DNA of 62,139 nucleotides, filler included. It is 4 parts of 4 records of this genome, joined end to end, with 100 filler letters (N's around TTAATTAATTAA, not from the genome) between each part and the next. Parts side by side here need not be neighbours in the genome. Positions count along the whole stretch, not along the records: positions 56,217 to 62,139 come from SRR31156797_13557; 3 more parts are not named here. The stretch is one strand, 5' to 3'. Below are positions 56,360-62,139 of this stretch, piece by piece; the first letter of the stretch is position 1, and each line of letters begins with the position of its first letter. The translations under genes were made by a program, and so were the position numbers. The notes under the pieces are model-generated. The model saw nothing but the letters and a program-made list of their open reading frames with translations. It made no database searches and was not told where the DNA came from.

Positions 56360-57910
56360 ATGTACAAGACCTTTTTCGGATTTAAAGAACATCCCTTCAA
56401 CCTGACGCCGGATCCCCGGTATCTCTACCTGAGCCGCTATCACCGGGAAGCCCTGGATCACCTGCTTTACGGCATTAACCAGCGCAAGGGGTTTATCGCC
56501 ATCACCGGGGGGGTGGGAACGGGAAAAACCACCCTGTGCCGCGCCCTGCTGGACCATCTGGATGACACCACCCAAAGCGCGCTCATCTTCAGCTCTTTCG
56601 TTTCGGATATGGAAATCCTCAAATCCATCGCCCACGAGTTCGGTATAACGGTCAGTAAGGAAACTGAAAGCAAAAACGCCCTGCTGGATGCCATTAACCA
56701 TTTTCTCTTGAAGGTCTTCAGGGAAGGGGGGAATGCACTGCTATTGATCGATGAGGCGCAGAATCTTTCGCGAACGGTCCTTGAGCAGATTCGAATGCTC
56801 TCCAACCTGGAAACGGAAAAAGACAAACTGATCCAGATTGTGCTGGTGGGTCAATCGGAATTAAAAGATGTTCTCTCAGCCCATTCACTCAGGCAGTTGG
56901 ACGATCGCATCACCGTGCGGTATCATTTGAAACCGCTGGATCCAAAAGATGCTCAGGGGTATGTGGAACATCGCCTGGTGGTGGCGGGAGGGAAGGGCGA
57001 TATAGCGTTCTCCGACGGGGCCTTCAAACGGATCTACTCCTATTCCGGGGGGAACCCGAGGCGGATCAATGCGGTCTGCGATCGAGCCCTCCTCCTGGCC
57101 TACACCGCTGAAAAAATGACTGTTTCCGGAAAAATGACGGCCCGGGCCATCCAGGATCTCCGCGGCGGTATCGACGCGGATGGAGACCGACCCCCCGGTT
57201 CAAGGCAACGGACATGGTGGAAGTGGGTCCTGCCGGTGATGCTCTTTTTCATGATCGCCGCAGGCTCTGGCCTGTGGATTTCAAAGGATCATTTCGTCAG
57301 GTCCGGCTCAATTGAAGCACCGGAAAAGAGTCCCATTAATTCCGTTGCCACAAAACCGATTCCTTCCCTTTTTATGACGAAAAAGGAAAGCATTGCCGGG
57401 CTGTTTGATCTGGCTGAGGGGTCCATACCTTCTGAAAATCTTCACGGCGGCATCCAGATGAGCCTGGTCTCCTTTCCCCTGGCGGCCGAGTATTTCACCC
57501 TGCTGAAAAAGCCATTCAGTATACACCATGGGCCTTCAGGTTATCTTTTGATCCAACACGTCACACCCAAGGGGGCCCTTATGCTGGATGCGGACGGCAA
57601 CACCATGGAACTACCCCGGAACTTCATTTTGAATCACTGGGGCGGTCAGGTAACATGGGTATACCCCTACGGTGACAACGGCTTCTTTTTAAAACAGGGG
57701 ATGCGGTCGCAGGCTGTTCTGACCCTTCAGGAAATTTTGCGGGATCTGGGGTTCCTGGTGACCCCGAACGGCGTTTTTGATCAGCAGACCTATGAAGAAG
57801 TGAAAAAGTTCCAGGATGAATTTGGTCTCAAGGCGGACGGGGTGGTGGGCTCCCGAACCCTGGCCCTGCTTTACCAGATGGCGGATAAACGGCATGAGCT
57901 ACATCCATGA
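56360..57910 (+). CDS. exeA: ExeA/GspA AAA ATPase with TM and peptidoglycan-binding domain
   Basis: FFGFKEHPFNLTPDP, GGVGTGKT, IDEAQNL, GNPRRIN; VKKFQ...GLKADGVVG. Confidence 0.92.
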   Translation: MYKTFFGFKEHPFNLTPDPRYLYLSRYHREALDHLLYGINQRKGFIAITGGVGTGKTTLCRALLDHLDDTTQSALIFSSFVSDMEILKSIAHEFGITVSKETESKNALLDAINHFLLKVFREGGNALLLIDEAQNLSRTVLEQIRMLSNLETEKDKLIQIVLVGQSELKDVLSAHSLRQLDDRITVRYHLKPLDPKDAQGYVEHRLVVAGGKGDIAFSDGAFKRIYSYSGGNPRRINAVCDRALLLAYTAEKMTVSGKMTARAIQDLRGGIDADGDRPPGSRQRTWWKWVLPVMLFFMIAAGSGLWISKDHFVRSGSIEAPEKSPINSVATKPIPSLFMTKKESIAGLFDLAEGSIPSENLHGGIQMSLVSFPLAAEYFTLLKKPFSIHHGPSGYLLIQHVTPKGALMLDADGNTMELPRNFILNHWGGQVTWVYPYGDNGFFLKQGMRSQAVLTLQEILRDLGFLVTPNGVFDQQTYEEVKKFQDEFGLKADGVVGSRTLALLYQMADKRHELHP

Positions 57911-58649
57911 GGCGTTAAAAAAAGCCCAGGTTGAACGGGATCTGGGAAAAGGGTCCTACGTCGGCGTACCGGTTCCCAGGCGAAAAAAAACCTTTTTCAC
58001 CGTCAAAAAGGGGGTTTTTTCGGCGGCTGTCCTGCTGCTGGTTTTGCTTGCTTTTGCGGTCTATTCGTGGTGGGATCTGAAGGTGGATGGGGTTCCACCG
58101 AACATCCGGAGGGTCAATGCGCCGGATAGTCGTATGACAAACCCCATGCGGGCAAAGCGGACGGGTACGCAACAAAGGCCGCGGGTAAGCATCTCTCCGC
58201 CTGAATCGATCGAAAAACCGTTACCGGCGACCCGTCCGCCCGTGAAAAGCAGGGAAAATATTGCCGAAAGCTATGAAAAGGCGCGGGCATTTCATCGGGA
58301 CGGTCGCCTGGCCCATGCGGGAATGTGGTATGACAAAGTCATTATTATGGACCCGGGTCACGTCCAGGCCCTCAATAACCGGGGGGTACTGCACCTCCAC
58401 CATAAGGATTATCCGGCAGCCCGAAAATGTTTTGAAAAAGCGATCCGCTTAAAGCCCGATTATGTGGACCCATATTACAACCTGGCCTGCCTTTCAGCCG
58501 CTTCGGACCAGGTGAAACAGGGTCTCAGGTATCTGGAAAAAGCCGTTTCCATGGAGTCCGGTGTCAAAAAATGGGCACAAAAAGATCCGGACCTGGATCC
58601 CTTGCGGGACTCACCCCGGTTCAGCATGATCGTGAAGGGCAAAAAGTAA
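57894..58649 (+). CDS. ExeB/GspB-like protein with C-terminal TPRs
   Basis: N-terminal MSYIHEALKKAQ, TM, Pro-rich linker, TPRs, YNLAC...DPDL; ATG 57894. Confidence 0.8.
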   Translation: MSYIHEALKKAQVERDLGKGSYVGVPVPRRKKTFFTVKKGVFSAAVLLLVLLAFAVYSWWDLKVDGVPPNIRRVNAPDSRMTNPMRAKRTGTQQRPRVSISPPESIEKPLPATRPPVKSRENIAESYEKARAFHRDGRLAHAGMWYDKVIIMDPGHVQALNNRGVLHLHHKDYPAARKCFEKAIRLKPDYVDPYYNLACLSAASDQVKQGLRYLEKAVSMESGVKKWAQKDPDLDPLRDSPRFSMIVKGKK

Positions 58650-58653
58650 AAAT

Positions 58654-60735
58654 ATGAGAACAACAATGAACTGTTTTAAGACATTATGCTTTTTATCGGT
58701 TTTTTGGGTGGGCATTGGGTCTTTCCTGACCCCTGCCCCGGTTTCGGGGGCCCGCGTCACAGGGGAGGAAGGCGTTGCCCCTGCGGTTCCAAGACGGGCC
58801 GCCGGAATACAGAAACCGGCTTCACCGGCTAAAACCCAAGGTTTCACCCCGAAACAAAGGGGACCGAGGCAGGATGATCCGGAACCTGCCGTGACCATCG
58901 ATTTCGACCAGGTGGATATTCCCATTTTCATCAAATTCATCAGTGAACTGACCGGGAAAAACTTTGTGATTGACAAAGGGGTCAGGGGGAAAGTGACCAT
59001 CATAAGCCCCAACAAGATCAGTGTGGATGAAGCCTACAAGGTTTTTGAATCGGTCCTTGAAGTCCACGGATTTACCACGGTACCGTCAGGGAATATTATT
59101 AAGATCGTTCCCGCTGCCAGCGCCCGCACCAAAAGCGTGGAAACCCGGTTGCGGCGGGAAGCGCTGGATTCGGAAGACAAGGTGGTCACCCAGCTGATCC
59201 CCCTGCGCTATGCGGAACCGGACGAACTGAAGAAGCTGTTTGCCCCTTTCATCAGCAAGAGCAGTGTAATGGTTTCCTATCCCCCCACCCGGACCCTCAT
59301 TGTCACGGATGTTCAGTCCAACATCAAACGTCTTTTGAGCATTGCCCGGGCCATTGACGTGGAAGGGGTGGGCGAGGAGATATCCGTCATTCCCCTGGAA
59401 CATGCCAGCGCCGGTCCCCTGGCAAAATCCCTCAGTACCGTTTTTGAGCGGCGGGCCGTGAAACAGAAACGAAGCGCCGGACCCCAGACCGTCACCAAAA
59501 TTGTTGCCGATGAAAGGACCAATTCCCTGGTGGTGGTGTCATCGGAGGACGATGCCGCCAAGATTCGAAAACTGGTAAAACTTCTGGATAAGGAGGCGCC
59601 GAGGGGCCAGGGCGACATCCATGTGTTTTACCTGCAGCATGCCAATGCCGAGGACCTTACCAAGGTATTGACCGCCATTCCGTCCAAGAAATCAGCCGGA
59701 AAAAACAAGGGGAAGGCACCCATTCTGTCCAAAGAAACACGGATTGTGGCGGACCAGGCCACCAATTCCCTGGTGATCATGGCGGACCAGGATGACTATC
59801 TGGTGCTGGAAGAAGTCATTCAGAAGCTGGACATTCCACGGATGATGGTCTTCATCGAAGCCCTGTTCATGGAGGTAAACGTCGAAAAGGATTTCAACCT
59901 GGGCGTGGAATGGCAGGGGATTAAGACCTTTTCCTACGACGGAAAAAACGCCGGGGCTTTTGCCGGCTCCAGCCCCTCCGGTATTCAAACTGCCGCCGGC
60001 ATCGTAAGTGGTTTAAATCCCGGCTTTTCCATGGGTGTCATCAGTGACGCCATCGAAATTGCCGGTGTCAAATTCCCCAACCTGGCGGCTGTTGTGAACG
60101 CCTACCAGCAGGACCGGGATGTCCATATCCTTTCCACTCCCCAGATCCTCACCACGGACAACGAGGAGGCGGAGATCATGGTGGGAAAAAACGTCCCCTA
60201 CCAGGTGCGCCAGGAAACAACCGATGCGCAGCTGGATTACAGTTCCTATGAGTACAAGGATGTGGGCGTGACCCTAAAAATCACCCCGCAGATCAGCCAG
60301 GAGCGCTTCGTTCGTCTCAATATATTCGAGGAGGTCACCCGGCTGGTGGATGACAGTGTGTTGGCAAAAGACGGAACCGGCCGTCCTGAAACCTGGAAAC
60401 GTCTGGCCCAGACCACGGTCATCGTCAAAGACGCTCAAACGGTGGTGATCGGCGGGCTCATCGGAGACGAGACCACAACCACCGACTACAAGGTTCCATG
60501 CCTGGGCGATATTCCCCTTCTGGGCTGGCTGTTCAAGGGAACCAGCAAGAACAGGGAAAAGACCAATCTCTTTATTTTTCTGACCCCCCGCATTATCCAG
60601 AATCCCTCCGAAGCCAGGAAAATTTATCTTGATAAAAAGGAACAGATAGAGACTATCAAGGAAGGGGTCATCAAGATGTATGACAAGCCCAAGCCCAAAC
60701 CGCTAACGAATGAAAAGTCAAAAGGCGAAAATTAG
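58654..60735 (+). CDS. gspD: type II secretion secretin GspD
   Basis: IDFDQVDI...GKNFVID, N-domain repeats, LDIPRMMVFIEA, YKDVGVTLKITP, KVPCLGDIPLLGWLF. Confidence 0.96.
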   Translation: MRTTMNCFKTLCFLSVFWVGIGSFLTPAPVSGARVTGEEGVAPAVPRRAAGIQKPASPAKTQGFTPKQRGPRQDDPEPAVTIDFDQVDIPIFIKFISELTGKNFVIDKGVRGKVTIISPNKISVDEAYKVFESVLEVHGFTTVPSGNIIKIVPAASARTKSVETRLRREALDSEDKVVTQLIPLRYAEPDELKKLFAPFISKSSVMVSYPPTRTLIVTDVQSNIKRLLSIARAIDVEGVGEEISVIPLEHASAGPLAKSLSTVFERRAVKQKRSAGPQTVTKIVADERTNSLVVVSSEDDAAKIRKLVKLLDKEAPRGQGDIHVFYLQHANAEDLTKVLTAIPSKKSAGKNKGKAPILSKETRIVADQATNSLVIMADQDDYLVLEEVIQKLDIPRMMVFIEALFMEVNVEKDFNLGVEWQGIKTFSYDGKNAGAFAGSSPSGIQTAAGIVSGLNPGFSMGVISDAIEIAGVKFPNLAAVVNAYQQDRDVHILSTPQILTTDNEEAEIMVGKNVPYQVRQETTDAQLDYSSYEYKDVGVTLKITPQISQERFVRLNIFEEVTRLVDDSVLAKDGTGRPETWKRLAQTTVIVKDAQTVVIGGLIGDETTTTDYKVPCLGDIPLLGWLFKGTSKNREKTNLFIFLTPRIIQNPSEARKIYLDKKEQIETIKEGVIKMYDKPKPKPLTNEKSKGEN

Positions 60736-60778
60736 GCATTTCAAAAACGAATATCCAATACCCAACAAGGAATGTGGC

Positions 60779-62139
60779 ATGTCGAAGACCAATATTTCTG
60801 CTCCATGCGGAATTCCGGATATCCCATGGGTCCGTCCTTTAGGAGAAATTCTTTCGGAAACCTGCCATCTGACCGAAAATCACCTTCGGAAGGCGCTTGA
60901 GGTCCAGGAAGAAAAAGGGGGGCGGCTGGGGGAAATCCTCATTCGTCTAAAGGTCATCACGGAAGCCGACCTGCTGGATGCCCTTGGGGTGCAGTGGGAT
61001 GTACCGGTTTCCATGACCCTCCCCTTTGAAAACCTGGACACCGCTTTCACCAACACGACGTCGATCCAATTCCTCAAGAAATTCAAACTGGTTCCCATCA
61101 TCACCCATGAGAGCTTAACCATCGCCATGAATGACCCTTTACAGTTCCAGGCCCTGGATGATCTCAGGCGGCAGCTGGCATTGGAAGACGCAACGGTGGT
61201 GCTGGCGCCGGTTTCCGCCATCCTGTCCATCATTAATGCGGCATATGATGTCAGCGGCGATTCCGCCGAACGGGTCATCGAAGACATGCAGGAAGGTGAA
61301 GCCGGCCGCATATTGTCCGAGATCGAGGAAACCACGGATCTGCTGGAGGATACCAGCGACGCACCGGTGGTAAAACTGGTCAACCTCATGCTGAGCCAGG
61401 CGGTCAAAGCGAGAGCCAGCGATATCCATATCGAGCATTCCCAGCACAAACTGCGCATCCGCTACCGCGTGGACGGTATCCTTTACGACATGCTGTCGCC
61501 ACCCAAACATATTCAGTCGGCCCTCATTTCCAGAATCAAGATCATGGCCAAAATGAACATCGCGGAGAAAAGACTCCCCCAGGACGGCCGCATCAAAATC
61601 CGGATTGCAGACAAAAATATTGATATCCGCGTATCCACCATCCCCGTGGCATTCGGTGAGCGGGTGGTACTCCGCTTGCTGGACAAAACCAACGTGCTGC
61701 TCAAAGTAACGGACCTGGGCATGCCCCAAAGGGATTTGACGGCCTTCGAACAGCTCATCGGTTCGCCCCACGGCATCATCCTGGTCACCGGCCCCACGGG
61801 AAGCGGTAAGACCACCACCCTTTACGCGGCGCTATCCACCATCAATAAAACCGACATCAATATCATTACCATCGAGGATCCCATCGAGTATCAGATCGAC
61901 GGGATCGGACAAATCCAAACCAATCCCAAAATTAAACTGACCTTTGCCAAGGGACTACGTTCCATAGTCCGTCAAGACCCCGACGTGATCCTGGTGGGCG
62001 AGGTGCGCGACCTGGAGACCGCCGAAATCGCCATTCAATCGGCCCTCACCGGTCACCTGGTTTTTTCCACGTTGCACACCAATGATTCCGCCGGCGCCGT
62101 AACCCGCCTCATCGATATGGGGATTGAGCCGTTTCTGGT
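60779..62139 (+). CDS. gspE: type II secretion ATPase GspE with N-terminal MshEN domain (3' truncated; not in ORF track)
   Basis: Open frame from ATG 60779: PLGEIL/RLGEIL repeats, ASDIHIE, RLPQDGRI, GPTGSGKTTTLY, EDPIEY, RQDPDVILVGEVRD, TGHLVFSTLHTN. Confidence 0.95.
   Translation, partial: MSKTNISAPCGIPDIPWVRPLGEILSETCHLTENHLRKALEVQEEKGGRLGEILIRLKVITEADLLDALGVQWDVPVSMTLPFENLDTAFTNTTSIQFLKKFKLVPIITHESLTIAMNDPLQFQALDDLRRQLALEDATVVLAPVSAILSIINAAYDVSGDSAERVIEDMQEGEAGRILSEIEETTDLLEDTSDAPVVKLVNLMLSQAVKARASDIHIEHSQHKLRIRYRVDGILYDMLSPPKHIQSALISRIKIMAKMNIAEKRLPQDGRIKIRIADKNIDIRVSTIPVAFGERVVLRLLDKTNVLLKVTDLGMPQRDLTAFEQLIGSPHGIILVTGPTGSGKTTTLYAALSTINKTDINIITIEDPIEYQIDGIGQIQTNPKIKLTFAKGLRSIVRQDPDVILVGEVRDLETAEIAIQSALTGHLVFSTLHTNDSAGAVTRLIDMGIEPFL

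Noticed and set aside
56165-56701. Minus-strand 178-aa ORF and similar antisense ORFs over exeA and gspD
   Set aside because: Antisense shadows of well-supported T2SS genes in GC-rich DNA.
16960-61000. Functional link between the c-di-GMP enzymes in segment 1 and the MshEN GspE
   Set aside because: They lie on different contigs from different organisms.
60880-61818. Minus-strand ORFs (192, 210, 101 aa) and the + strand 61131..61373 ORF
   Set aside because: Shadow frames of gspE, which is open from 60779 to the window end.

Overview
The window joins four unrelated contig fragments, separated by artificial 100-nt spacers (N runs around TTAATTAATTAA) at 24983-25082, 40657-40756 and 56117-56216. 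(1) 1-24982 is very AT-rich and Campylobacterota-like (Arcobacter/Sulfurimonas-type promoters and SD sites). It carries GGDEF/EAL proteins, a Cache-PAS kinase, two cold-shock genes with a lysine-methyltransferase-family gene and a small unlisted ORF, and a CheW-less CheA-like kinase with a solute-binding protein opposite cheX-cheY. It also has a soluble tandem-Cache-CheW protein, a Kef-type antiporter, dctP, and four units behind sigma54-type promoters, one including the nitrogenase-associated ArsC/Spx-like gene. (2) 25083-40656 is Bacteroidota: hisS, an ECF sigma/anti-sigma trio, ychF, a LytTR regulator opposite a small membrane ORF, elbB, a catalytically degenerate GH13, a TPR protein, a Y_Y_Y-LuxR regulator and the start of susC. 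(3) 40757-56116 is a second Bacteroidota fragment, mostly housekeeping genes (maeB, recR, amn, holA, rhomboid, yqgE, ftsB-like, pruA). (4) 56217-62139 is higher in GC and Desulfobacterota-like: a type II secretion cluster (gspC end, exeA, exeB-like TPR, gspD, MshEN-containing gspE). I saw no rRNA, tRNA, CRISPR array or mobile element. All calls and taxonomic labels come from reading motifs by eye; no database searches were run.
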